DNA of 64,000 nucleotides. Source: the human T2T-CHM13v2.0 reference genome, Homo sapiens. The notes under the pieces were generated by a model, which was given only the letters and a program-made list of their open reading frames with translations, searched no databases and was not told where the DNA came from. The stretch lies in the NCBI RefSeq assembly GCF_009914755.1, contig NC_060927.1; one strand, written 5' to 3'. Below are positions 1 to 13,588 of this stretch, one piece after another (the stretch's first letter is position 1; every line of letters starts with the position of its first letter). The position numbers were made by a program, and so were the translations under genes.

Positions 1-164
1 ATTCTACACTAATATTTGTATACTATAATATATACACATTATAGCTTTTTATCAAGGGAAACATAAGTGTTGGCCCAAACAAAACAACAATTACCTCAAA
101 CAAAAATGTATTCATCTTCCTTGGAAGATCAGCTAAAACCACAGCCAGTTTGGGGGATTCGGGG

Positions 165-181
165 TTTTTTTTGTTTGTTTG

Positions 182-213
<32 letters not shown>

Positions 214-505
214 GTTTTTTTGAGAGACAGGGTCTTGCTCTGTCACCCAGACTGGAGTACAGTGGTACAATCATGTCTCACTGTAGCCTGAACCTCCCAG
301 GCTTAAGCAATCCTCCCTCTTCAGCCTCCTGACTAGCTGGGACCACAGGTTCACATCACCACATCCAGCTAACTTTTAAATATTTTGTAGACACAGAGTC
401 TTCCTATGTTGCCCAAGCTGGTCTCAAGCTCCTGGCCTCAAGCGATCCTCCCACCTAGCCCTCGCAAAGTGCTGGGATTGCAGGTATGAGCCACCATGCC
501 AGGCC
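165..505 (-). mobile_element. AluJ-type SINE with (TTTTG)n-expanded tail
   Basis: Full dimer on minus strand, GAGACAGGGTCTTGCTCTGTCACCCAG...GAGCCACCATGCCAGGCC. J-type CCTCAAGCGATCCTCCC. Tail at 165-221. Confidence 0.93.
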
Positions 506-1699
506 AAAATTTTTAAATGTGCTGTGTTTCTTCCCAAATTTTGAAAATAAGTGTTCATAACTACATAGCTGTATGTGTACCTCTACCCATAAAATACAGA
601 ACACATGCCAATAGGAAGAGAAGACACCAGCATGTTGACGCTAGTAATCTCTGGCCACTTTAATTGTAGGCAATTTTAATTTTTTTCTATTTGATTTTCT
701 AAAATTAACATTATTATTATTTGTGTAAGAAAAAGAGTGATTTTTTTAAAAATGCATTATCATTCATTGAGGAATAAACTAAAAGAAAAATGCAGTGCTG
801 AAAGTGACATTGTAAACACCGTAATCCCTGAGAGTGTGTGTTAAACATCAGAGTGAAAAAGGGTAACTTTCTCAGGACCAACATGAGAGTGGACAAGGGG
901 TATAGAAGACCCATGGGGGAAAGGTACCATGCTAAAAACAAGCTGCAAATGACCCTGGCTGCAGTGACAATACATTTAAATGGGAATGTCCAGTTGGAAG
1001 GAACACAGCATAACTGCTGACAATCAGTTAGGAATTTCTGGCAAGACGCAGGCAAAGACAGAGGGGCTGTCCCAGTAACATGGCTGTGATTTCTTACAAG
1101 GCCAAAAAAGAGCCCAGTTCTCTGACAAAGACTAGCTCTTCCTGTAGTGGTAGCCGCCGATGCTGCCTGAAGGACAGGCTAGAAAGACACAAAGCAAGAA
1201 AGCCTCTCAGTTCCTTACAGTTACCAGAGTAACCGGGACATCAGCCATGTTGCCTGGGAATACCCAGAGTAAGCCACAGTGGCAGGTAAATAAAAAAGGG
1301 TGTGAATTTGTCAGATTCCAAAGTCTTCCAGCCACTCTGTTTCAGTGACTACTGAAATCATTTCACAATGATCAGACTACTCCCAGAGTCCCTCGTGGAG
1401 AAACATCACATTCTCTGCCAGTCCAACTCAGGAACATGAATCCCCAGGGGCAGCTGAAGGAACACAGACATTTCAACGAAGAGTTTTTATAATAAGAGGG
1501 AAAAGATTCTTTCTCTCCAAAGGAGTCTGAAAGCTCACAAAAAGAAAAAAATTTAATTTCTTTATCACGTAGTATAAGTAAAATGATAATTGAAACAATA
1601 ATTTAAGGATTTATTTTTGAGGAAGGAACAGAGACATGCTAGTGGCTGTGAAAGATGCCATTTGCCATTGTGGAAGCAAAAATAGCTTTGTGATCAGAA

Positions 1700-1875
1700 A
1701 CACTAGTACTGGCTGCATGACCGTGGACAATTTACCTCTGTATACATCAGCTTCCTCATGCATAAGGTGGGGAGAATAATACCCATCTCACAGACTATTG
1801 TGAGGAGTAAATGCAGATAACATATATTATGTGCACTTGGTGCAATGCCTGGCAAGTACCAGGCACTCAATAATA
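1700..1875 (+). mobile_element. MIR SINE
   Basis: MIR core-like CTTCCTCATGCATAAGGTGGGGAGAATAATAC...GTGAGGAGTAAATG...TGCCTGGCAAGTACCAGGCACTCAATAA. Confidence 0.75.
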
Positions 1876-2509
1876 TATATCACGTGATCCATGCTGTTGT
1901 CACAGTTATGGACAATTCTCACTACAGCCTCTTTCTAAATTTCATTCCAGTCTCACCCCAGCTACAAAGTCTTCTTTTCATGCCTCGTATTGCATGCTCT
2001 TGTTTCAAAGATAGTGTCTAGCTCTATAAAAAGTGTACATAACAAGATCTAACCCAAGCCAACAGGCACAATAAGGCCACCGTTAAGTGAAGGTGGTAGA
2101 GTACACTGCAAACCCAGACAGAATGAAGCCCAGGTAAGTGAGAATTGTGTAAAGTCAGCTTGTCTGATTTTTCCCACTGTGGAGACATCAGAATCTTGAC
2201 TCATAAAGTCTGGTATGGTTCACTTGTCCAAGGACCTACATATGAGAATACCCTGATATGTTATTTAATCATAAAACCTGAGAGGCTCGTGGAAAACAAT
2301 GGAATCTTAATTCTATAAGGAAATCTACATTGTATAAAATTTGTAATAAATGACGCATAGTCTCTAGCCATTCCTCACTGAGGAATTGGTGATCATCTCT
2401 TAACAATGACTTTGAGCAAAACAGTTTCACACTGTCTGGTCACAGAGAGACTTTACTTTCTGCTTAAGCATTTGCTATTAATAGAAGTATAATGCCACCA
2501 TTGACGGGG

Positions 2510-3045
<536 letters not shown>

Positions 3046-3582
3046 AGTTTTACTAATTTTTAATCATTATAAATTATTAATTTTTTACTTATATTCACTT
3101 TAGAAATTTCAGAAAACAGTGGAGGGGAGAAAGTTTCAAAACTTCTGCTATGGAATATCTCGAAATGGCCACTTTAAACATTTTGAAAAAGTTCTCTTCT
3201 AAAATATACAATTGTACAATTAATACCAAAGTGTATATGATATTTTATAACCTAATTTTTTCCCATCTAACCACCAATTATGGGGTAAGGGGGGATGTCA
3301 TATTTTTTACTTAATCATACTTCATGGGAAAAATCTTTGTCATTATATATTCTTCGAAACATTATTGTGCCTTATGCAGAATACTACATTGCGTAGGAGT
3401 ATTTCTTTAACTATTCCTCTATTACTGGCTATTTAGGTTTCCAAATTTTACTATTTAAAAAAAAAATGGTTGAACATCCCCTCATGTTTGTGCAAGTCTG
3501 TGATCTTTTCTTTAAGATAAATTCCTGGGAGTGGAATTTGTGATACCCAAAAGGAATAAACATTACTGAAGCTTCTGATCTA

Positions 3583-4056
<474 letters not shown>

Positions 4057-4379
4057 TTAAAACTCTCCCTGATTAAAAAAAAAGAATTCTTTCCTGTTGT
4101 CTTTGAGCTGGAATTGAATTATGCAAATATATGAAATCCACAATACTTATTGCGCCACCTCTGGCAATAGCATCCCTAGGGGTTATCTTTTGTTCACTTG
4201 GAGATCAATATTTTGTGTATTTCATTTTGGATGCTCAGGTAGAGTAAACAGCTTCATTTCTCCTCTTGCCCATTTCTCTACTTTTTTTTTTCACATTCTG
4301 GACTAGTGTGTTACTTTCTTTATAGGCAAAAAATAAAAATAAACACATGAAATCTCTAAACTCCAACCCATTTAAAGAC

Positions 4380-4882
4380 TGGTGCATGTGTCAATTTCTT
4401 ATGGTGTCCCCTTGCGGTTAAAAGCAATCTCAATGCCTTACCCCAACATTCAAACATAAGATCTAGCCCCTGCCTAACTCTTCAACTGTGTCTATGCTTC
4501 TCTCTCTCCTTTGCGTACCAAATTACAGTTATGCTAAACATTATGCAGTTCATTGAACATTCCAAGTGCCTTCTGACACTAGGCTATTCCTGAGCTGTTC
4601 CCGCTACCAGAAAGGTTTCTGTGCTCCTCCTTGTCATTCAGATCACATTCGAATGCTACCTGCTCACCATCCTTGCTTGCCCACACAAACTTAAGCTGCC
4701 TCTCACTCATCCTTTCTAACATCACTCAATATAAGTCTTTGCAGTGCACTTGCCATGCTCTGATCTTATATATTACCGAAATCCTTGGACTGTTTTCTTC
4801 CCAGCTGTATTCCTAGGAACTAGTGCCCGGCACGTCGTAAGTGCTCCATAAATACTTACTGAAAACTTTTGTTGAATGAATT
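4380..4882 (+). mobile_element. L2 3' fragment
   Basis: Degenerate L2 body ending AGTGCCCGGCACGTCGTAAGTGCTCCATAAATAC...TGTTGAATGAAT. Confidence 0.65.
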
Positions 4883-5127
4883 ATGAAAAATTTACTTATT
4901 ATATCCTGCTGAAAATCTCCAACAGAACTCAAGTTCTGTAAGAAGGAAGGGAAGTGTTGTAATGAGAATAAGGTGGACCTCTGTAAGAAGAATGAATGTC
5001 TGTTATACATATAGCCTTACTTAGGAAACCAATGGTGAACAGAACTATGGATACTGGATAACAGGAGAGAAGTGTAGGGACTTTAAAGTGGCAAAGAAAC
5101 TCCTTTTGGTTGTGAAAAAATGCGTGG

Positions 5128-5222
5128 ATGGAGACAGAGACAGGAGTTGGAGAGAAAGAGAGAAAGGAAAGCAAGAAAGATAAAAGGGAGGAAGGGAGAG
5201 AAGGAGATAGAGAAAGAGAGAA
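5128..5222. repeat. GA-rich low-complexity purine tract
   Basis: GAGAGAAAGAGAGAAAGGAAAGCAAGAAAG...GGAGGAAGGGAGAGAAGGAG read directly. Confidence 0.8.
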
Positions 5223-5679
5223 TTCAAAGCGAGTCTTTGAAATGCTATATGGCTGAGATCTTGCAGAGGCACAAGCCACATGTCAAGGGCTTACAGAAAA
5301 TTGGAATGACGTATTATAGGGCCAGGCAACCAAGGAGAGTTTCAAGGGGGAATATGAACTAAGCTTGTAGAACTGGTGATTTTTTTTCCTAGTAGAGAGA
5401 AAAAGAAAAGAAAGCATAGTCACACCTCAGCAAAGGTAAGTAGAAAGAAAGTGCATGGCTCGCTCAGAGAAATGGCAAGTCATTTTGTGGGGCTGGTACA
5501 TGAGGTACAGAAGGAGACACGGAGGGAATCCTGACTGCTAGTACTTATATATTTGGCACATTCATTCCCCTAGAGCAGTTCCATGGCCTGGCCAGTTCTG
5601 ACCTAAAGCAAGAAGAGAGGGCAGTCACGTAACACATGTTCTCATTGGTCTCCCCTTTCATTTATCTTTCTCTTCTTCT

Positions 5680-6465
5680 CAACATCTGTAATGAGATACA
5701 ATTCACATACCATCCAATTCATCCACTTAAATATATGATTCATTTTAGTATATTTGTAGAGTTTTGCAAACATCAACACTAATTCCAGAGCATTATCATT
5801 GCTCCCCCGAAAAAACCTGTACCCATTGTCAGTCATCCCTCATCCCCACCCCCAAACCCCTGACAAACTCTAATCAACCTTTTGTTTCTATGAATTTGCA
5901 TATTCTGGACATTTCATATAAAAGGAGTCCTGTATTATGTGGTCTTTTCTGATTGGCTTATTTTAGTTAGTATAACGTTTTTAAGGTTCATCCAAGTTGT
6001 GATATATATCAGAACTTCATTCCTTTTTATGACTGAATAATATTCCATTGTGTAGATATACCACATTTTATTTATCCATTTATCAGCTGATAAACATTTA
6101 GTTTACTTCTACTTTTTAGCTGCTTTGAATAATGCTGCTATTAGCATTCATGTGCAAGTGTTTCTGTGGACACATATTTTTAATTGTCCTGGATATATAC
6201 ATAGGAGTAGAATTGGTAGGTCATATGGTTAACTCTGTGTTTACCGTTTTGATGAATTGCCTGTTTTCCAAAGTGACTGCACTATTTTACATTCTCACTA
6301 GCAATTCCTCCACACCCTTGCCAACACTTACTACATCTGTCATTTTGATTACAGTCTTCCTAGTGGATGTGAAGTGATATCTCACTGTGGTATCTCATTA
6401 TAGTTTCGATGTGCATTCTCTAATGACTAATGATGTTGAGCCTCTTGTATTGCACTTACTGGCTA
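5680..6465 (-). mobile_element. L1MB-type 3' end fragment
   Basis: GAGATACAATTCACATACCAT...CTGGACATTTCATATAAA...ACTTCATTCCTTTTTATGACTGAATAATATTCCATTG...TAATGACTAATGATGTTGAGC. Confidence 0.85.
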
Positions 6466-7934
6466 TTCTATTCTGCCCAATCTATTCTTTACCAGGTAGC
6501 AAAATTATAGTCTTTAAACTATACCTGATCTCAACACTCCCTTGCCCAGAACTTTACATAACCTACCCATCATACTCAGACTAAAGCCCAAAGCCCTCTC
6601 ACATATACTAGGCCCTGCATAATGTTACAACTTGCAGTTATTTTACTAATTGGCATGTTTCATTTTGGGGTATGTGTCAGTCTTCCCATTCAGAAGGTCA
6701 GAAATAATATCTGCCTGTCCTCCGTGAATTTCCATGCCTGGAACAATGTCTCCCATATGGTAAAACAAATGCCTACCAAATGCAAGAATAATTAGGAAAT
6801 TTAAAAAATATTTTCTCCCAAATATAGCTAGATAATATACAATAATTTGCTAATGAAAAGTGATATATACATGTGTCCTTCATTTATTTCAATGGAATAA
6901 TAATGGTGTACTAACTCCTCTCATAAAAAATATCTACTAGCAGATCTAGAAGTAGAGAATGTAATGAAAGTAGACCTACTTATTGTAGTTCATTCAATTC
7001 AATCACAGTCTCCAAAACGTACTGTCTGCTGCTGTGGTATTTCAAAACACCTGACTCATATCCACATGCTGTACATTTGCCACTCAGCAATATTTTTTTA
7101 AAAAAAGAATAAGTAAATCAGGTAATAGCTCTATTACCATTCTGTAGATTAATAATGCAGGTTTTATGGCATAGTTTGGTATTGATGTGTTTATTCTGAT
7201 TCTATTAACAATGAGCGTGTACCAGCCAATGTGAGCCTGTGTTTTATTGTATTCCATGGACATTGTGTTTCTCCCTTAAGTGATCCTTTTGTTCAATAAA
7301 ACATAAAAGTCATTTTCAACTATGCTATAAGGTTTAAGTTTCTTTGGGGTTATGAGGTTGTCATTGCCATACTGTGAGAAATTAGTTCAAAGTGATTGGA
7401 AGTTAATAAAGAAATTATTCATGCCATGTGTTACTTACAACGAAAAATCATCAGTTTGATGGCTTGTGATCTTTTACATGGAAAACAACTTTCTTCCTTT
7501 GCGTTTCTAAATGTATGACTTTGGACATTAAAAACAAAACAAGGAGTAGTTTCCACCCAATCCTCGCTGACCTATTCCTTCCCAGAGCACACTTTTCTAC
7601 ATATTTGTCCCCAAGAACTCACCTTATTCTTGAATGATTTAAACTCAAGTTTTGTCTCCCCCATAAAAATTCTAATCAGTCCACTCTATCTTATCTTCAA
7701 TTCTCCACTTTTTTCCAACCTCTCTGTCACCGCTGTGCTCTTTCTTTCCTGGATAACTGCAGCCACCACAGTCCTGCACCCCTACCTCCACTTGAGCTCT
7801 CCTCCATGCCGTGCTCCACCAGCAAGTCAGATCATGCCACTCCCCACCTTCGGTAATGAAGGGACCAATGAATGAATGACTACCCAGAGAGAGAGAAGCA
7901 GTAATTCTAATAATTGTCTTCTCATATGTATAAA

Positions 7935-8140
7935 GCATTTGTTCATATTTTCAATACAGTGTTTTGATGAAGTAGGTGGGAATTATTATTATTATTGTTA
8001 TTTCCATTTTACACATGAAGAAATTGAATCTCGGGCATTGGGATGATTTGCTCAGGGTTACATGGATAGCTGGAAGACAAACAGAGCCAAGATTCTAATT
8101 TGGAATTTCGAATTCCCTGTCCTGTGCACTCTTCCCATGG
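7935..8140 (-). mobile_element. MIR SINE
   Basis: TTTCCATTTTACACATGAAGAAATTGA...GATTTGCTCAGGGTTACA, the antisense MIR core. Confidence 0.7.
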
Positions 8141-8166
8141 CAATGTGTTTTCTCTGCTGCCCCCCT

Positions 8167-8205
8167 CACACACACACACACACACACACACGCACTCACA
8201 CACAT
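8167..8205. repeat. (CA)n microsatellite
   Basis: Read directly. Confidence 0.9.
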
Positions 8206-9639
8206 AAAGGCACGTGCATGTGCACACACCAAGGAAAAAGATCGAGGGTGCCTAATCTGTTGCAAAACAAACCTAAAAGCTATTTATGTTTTTCTGTATT
8301 CATACAGAGGAGCAATTGCTTGAAAATCTGTGATAGCAAAACTGTACAAGTGGGAGATTATTTCATTTCCAACATATAACCAATCATGCTGTCCCCAGAA
8401 CCGCCCAAGAAGAAACTCCCAATCTCGGAACAGGCACACGGCTCGAATTATCAGAAAAGCCGTTGAGATAAGACATGCATGATCTCCTTCCTAAAGAGGT
8501 ACCTCAAATTAATGTTCAGCTGAGTGTATCTAGAAAATGAGAAAGGTTAAAATGCTCCCTGACACTTTTCTTCCTTTCAAGTAAGTTATTCTATGAGGCA
8601 GAGCTCTTCATAAGGCCTATTTTTCTTGTAGTCCACAGAAGGAACTTAAAACACAATAAAAGAGTGCTCTGTTGGGTGGGTCAAAGAGGTTAAAGCTGAG
8701 AAAAGAGACTGGAGAAAAATTTTTAAATAAAAAATTAAGAATTATAGGGTATCCTTATACCAAATAATACATGTTAGAACAGAAAACTGGCAAGGTACAT
8801 GGTGCCTTGAGACTATTTCACTGTGACATCTTATTTCTCATAAACCATCTTAATCTCCTTTCTCACCCAGGACAAGAATGACAGCCACGTCATCTGGAGA
8901 AGGCAGCCAGGGAAGTAGTCAAGAGAAAACACTTCTGTGGGTGACTTGAAGAAGCTGGTTACCATATGGTACATTTTCTATAACCCTGGTCAAAATAAGC
9001 TCAGAAACTAATGGGAACTGAAGGGTAATCAAATAAAATTATCCCAGACCAAGAAGCTAATTGCAAAAAATAAAAGGGATGAATCAGGGCTTGAGTCAGA
9101 AATAGGGAGTCAAAAGCTCTTCCCAGAGACCACCCTCCTTGCTCTCACTGGTAGATAGTTCCTCTTCCCCCTTCCCTTGACAATTTCTGCTTTGTTAGTG
9201 CCAAGCCTCTCCCAATTCAGTTCCTCGTGTGTCCTTTGAGTTCTAAGGAATGAGGAGAAGAGGCAAAAAACAGCTCTCAGATGCCAAGTAAGTGAAAGCC
9301 AGGAGCACCAATCTGCCAGAACCTGTCTATACTCCACTCCTGACATAAGTCACTGTCTCCTGTATCCCCCACTTTCATCAGATAGAAGGACATCTCTGCC
9401 AGTTCTTTAAACATTTCATATTTTTTATTCGTTTAGACCTTAAAAAATGTTTATTTCCTCTTTCTGGAAGGTTTTGTTTTTCTTCTCATTGCCAACTAAT
9501 CATTCAGGTCTTCACTTAAGCTGCAATTCTCCACCTACCTTGACCCTGCCCCCTCCCACCAGAGCAGATCAGCTCACTTAGCCATACTCTCATGGTACGT
9601 ATCACAGAAACAAAAATCACTAACAAAGTTATCATAATT

Positions 9640-9750
9640 ATTTACTATTTGTCTACCTTGTTAGACTGGACACTCCTAGAGGGCAGGAACGTGATCTCAT
9701 TTTCCTCACTCCTGGAATCCCAATGCTTAACTCACTGCCTGGCACATAAG
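9640..9750 (+). mobile_element. L2 3' terminal fragment
   Basis: TAGACTGGACACTCCTAGAGGGCAGGAAC...TGCCTGGCACATAAGTGCTTGGTAAA. Confidence 0.65.
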
Positions 9751-9944
9751 TGCTTGGTAAAAGGTTGTTCTTCCTTTTGCTACTGGTCACCTTTCAAAAT
9801 CTCTGCATTACATCATGTCTCAAATTGCAGCTCAGAGAAGACTGACTTGGAAATGAAACACAGACAAACAGAGGGAGGCTGCCAGACACTAGTGACTAAG
9901 ATACAGCAGGGCTGTTCACCCTCCATAATAACCTACTGCACCAA

Positions 9945-10851
9945 CATGTACTACCATCCCTCCTATTCCATAGGCAAAAATCTCGGAATCTTTCATTCTT
10001 GATGCCTGCCCTTGTCTTTCCCTCACCTTACACCTAACTATCACCTAGGGCTGTCTATTGTTATTTTCCATCAATTGATTGCCAACCACTGTCCTAGCTC
10101 CCTGTCACCATACTAGACAAAGCCACCATTCTCTCCTAGAGACAGCCTAGCCTACTCCTGTCTCACTGCTTCCTTCTTGCTATATTCTCCTCCATTCTCC
10201 ACTTAACAGCCAGAGTGTCCCTTGTGAAACATCTACCATGTCACCGCACTGCCTTCTGTTGATGTTCCTTCAATGACTTCCCATGGCTCTTAGGATAATG
10301 AGCAAAAGCCCTAATCAGTCTGTGAGGCCCTCGCAGAGATGCCCACTGTGCATGTAGCTCATCTGCCTCAAATGCAGCCAGTTCCCCATGTGCTCAGCTG
10401 CTCTGGCCCTCTGACTGTCCTGTGGGCCATACCAAGCTGTTGGTGTCATATGGCCTTGTGCTCACTGCCTCCGTAGTCTACAGTGTCCTCTCACACCCTT
10501 CTCTCTCCCATTAACCCCTGCTTCTTCTTAAGATCCTAGCTCAGTTATTCTGCTGGGAAGAATCTTTTTATCACATTCCTTCTCCCAGTCTAGAGCCAGT
10601 TTCATTCCTTTACAGGGCTTAAATATGTTTCTAATTGTTTCTTATTATGCACCCACTCAGTAGAATTGCTAAGAGTAATGCTTATCTTTTGGACCAGACT
10701 CTAAATTCCTGGACAACAGAGACTTGATAATGCTTGCAGTTTCATCTTCAACATGTAACACAGTGCCTAGCATAGAGAAGGCACTAAGTAAACTTTTGTT
10801 AAGGGATAGATGGATGGATGGATGGATTGATGGATGAATGAATGAGTGAAT
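9945..10851 (+). mobile_element. L2a-type LINE 3' portion with (GATG/GAAT)n tail
   Basis: ACAGCCAGAGTG..., CAATGACTTCCCATGGCTCTTAGGATAA..., ACAGTGCCTAGCATAGAGAAGGCACTAAGTAAAC, then a GATG/GAAT repeat tail. Confidence 0.75.
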
Positions 10852-12294
10852 AGTCTGGGCTGCCATTTGTCTATCCTCTAAACCAGGAATTACAAAATCC
10901 CCACAGGGGCCAAGCAGGCAGAAGAATGCATGAATTATGCTAGGGGTTAGTAAAAAGGAGTTGTAGAGCATGCAATGAAATTTTCACATTTCTTTTAAAC
11001 CCTAGGTTGTTGGCCAAGCTTTGCTGGCTTTTTTGCAGCTTTCTGTTCCCGCAAGTTACTCCCCCAAATCCTACCTATTTTAAAAGCAACTCTCACAGGA
11101 AGAAAGGCTTGGTAGCCAACAGATGACCACCACATTCTCTCCCCCAAGACGTCTGATTTCAGAAGGCAAGTTCTGTTCACAGGAAGGAGAGTATCCATAC
11201 AAGTCCAAGTTCAGTGAGAGGGGCTGTCCCATAACCTGGAAGCCAAGGACTAGAATGCCCTCATTCACTTATTCTGATTCATAAAGTTTAAATTACTAAA
11301 AGAGGTTAACAACTTCAACATGTGGCATAATCCAGCCATTCATTTGTTCAAGAAAGAGAAAAAAGTTTAACTTTGTAACAATAATACGAACACAAAAACA
11401 TTTCCTGGGAGCAAAAAAAAAAAAAAAAATGTGGCTTTGAAATTCTGCCTTTTATCTTCCTGGGAAAAGCAAGAGCTTACAAACTGGAAAAAAAAAGTTT
11501 CTTTTTGGTAAACTCACAGGCCTTTGGCCACTGCTTCCCTTCCACCTCAATTTTTTTTTTCTGATCTATGCATTGACCATGCAGAAATGTTCAAATGAAA
11601 GCACCTGGTCATTTTTACTTATCTTTCTTATTTTTTCTAGAAAGAGGCCTTGATATATTCTAGGTTCGCAAGTGATTTTGCTAGATTTTTGCCATTATGA
11701 ACCTGTTTCTCTTTAACTGCAAACCACCTGATTCTGATTTTCCCTAGCCATAAATATGAATTTTTACTACATTTTATCTGAGATTCACAACTGATGGGCT
11801 ATGAACCAAGAAAAATACAATGGGAGGAAAGAAAAGATAAAATTATTGGGCAACAACTACACAGAAGATGAAACAACCCTCAGACAGGATATAAAGGAGG
11901 GTGAACAGGGTAGTCCCAATGAGACAGAATGAAGAAAACCATTTTCTTCATAAAACTATAGCAACAGCAGTATTTACCTTTAGTGTTGTTGCTACCCAGA
12001 AGAAGAAAAGGTATCTTGGCATTTTATCAACCATATTTTTATGTCCTGCCATCAAGAATTTCTTTTCACTGCCTGCATATATTTCTTAGTCATAAAAGAG
12101 GGCAACCATTTTCAATGATACTAAATCCATCTACTCCCATATATCTGGCCCAACACAACTCAGACATTTTTTTAACCAGCCTTACGAAAAGATGTTATGA
12201 AAAGCTAATGACCACCCAAACCTGAGTATAACCATCCAAACATTTTAGTGAAAGGACAGGATTGAGAAGAATCACTTGACTAAAGAAATGCCTA

Positions 12295-12792
<498 letters not shown>

Positions 12793-13329
12793 CTATCTAA
12801 TTTCTATAGGGTATTGGTCCTGTAAAATTTTTCTAATATATGTTATTGTTTTATTTTTTTATCTTTTAATAGAAATTCAAGAATGAATATTTACTGCCTA
12901 TATCTGATAGAAGAATCCCATTTCTCATGAGAAAATCAATGGATAATACTCAGCGTTTCTTCAAAACCAAAACTTCCTTTATCAAAACCTGTAGAACACA
13001 GGTTTCAGCAAACTTCGTAAAATATTCAGATCAAATTTGGGTTTGTTATTGATTTTCAGGGGGATTAATCTCTTTTATATTAAAAGCTCATTTGGTCACA
13101 AGTAATGGAAATTCATTGTGTCTTGCTTTGGAGTGGGGAATGTGCAAGAACACACTATGGAACTCAGAACGGAGGAAACTGTTCAGTACGGATGAGACCC
13201 AAGCACTAGAAAGCCAGAATGAATCAAGACTGCCAGTCCCGGATCTCCCCAATTCTGCCGTTGGTGGTCTCTCCTCTCTTCACCTCATCACAGCTCACTT
13301 CACTCGTTTCTTTGTAGAAAGGCTTTCTC

Positions 13330-13540
13330 TGTCACTCTACGCATGCGTGACAGAAACAGGCCCCACCCCTGTCTCTCAAGACCGCAGATCCCCAAGTCAA
13401 ATGATTAGACAGACTCCCTTTCCTGACTCTAAATTTCTAGAGGGAATCCAACGGACTCAGCCTGGATCAGCTGTCCACCTGAGGCCAATCAGCTTTGTGC
13501 AGAGAGGCAAGTTTTCATAGTAGAGCAATCTGGAACTACT
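13330..13540 (-). mobile_element. Old MaLR LTR fragment (MLT1K/L-like)
   Basis: CAGCCTGGATCAGCTGTCCACCTGAGGCCAATCAGCT resembles antisense MLT1K/L sequence. Confidence 0.45.
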
Positions 13541-13553
13541 CAGGCAAATTACA

Positions 13554-13555
<2 letters not shown>

Positions 13556-13586
<31 letters not shown>
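13556..13586. repeat. (TA)15 microsatellite
   Basis: Read directly. Confidence 0.95.

Positions 13587-13588
<2 letters not shown>

Noticed and set aside
11318-11436. Orphan poly-A at 11413-11429 as a retrocopy tail
   Set aside because: Only a 7-bp ATGTGGC match as putative TSD, no AATAAA and no recognisable insert.
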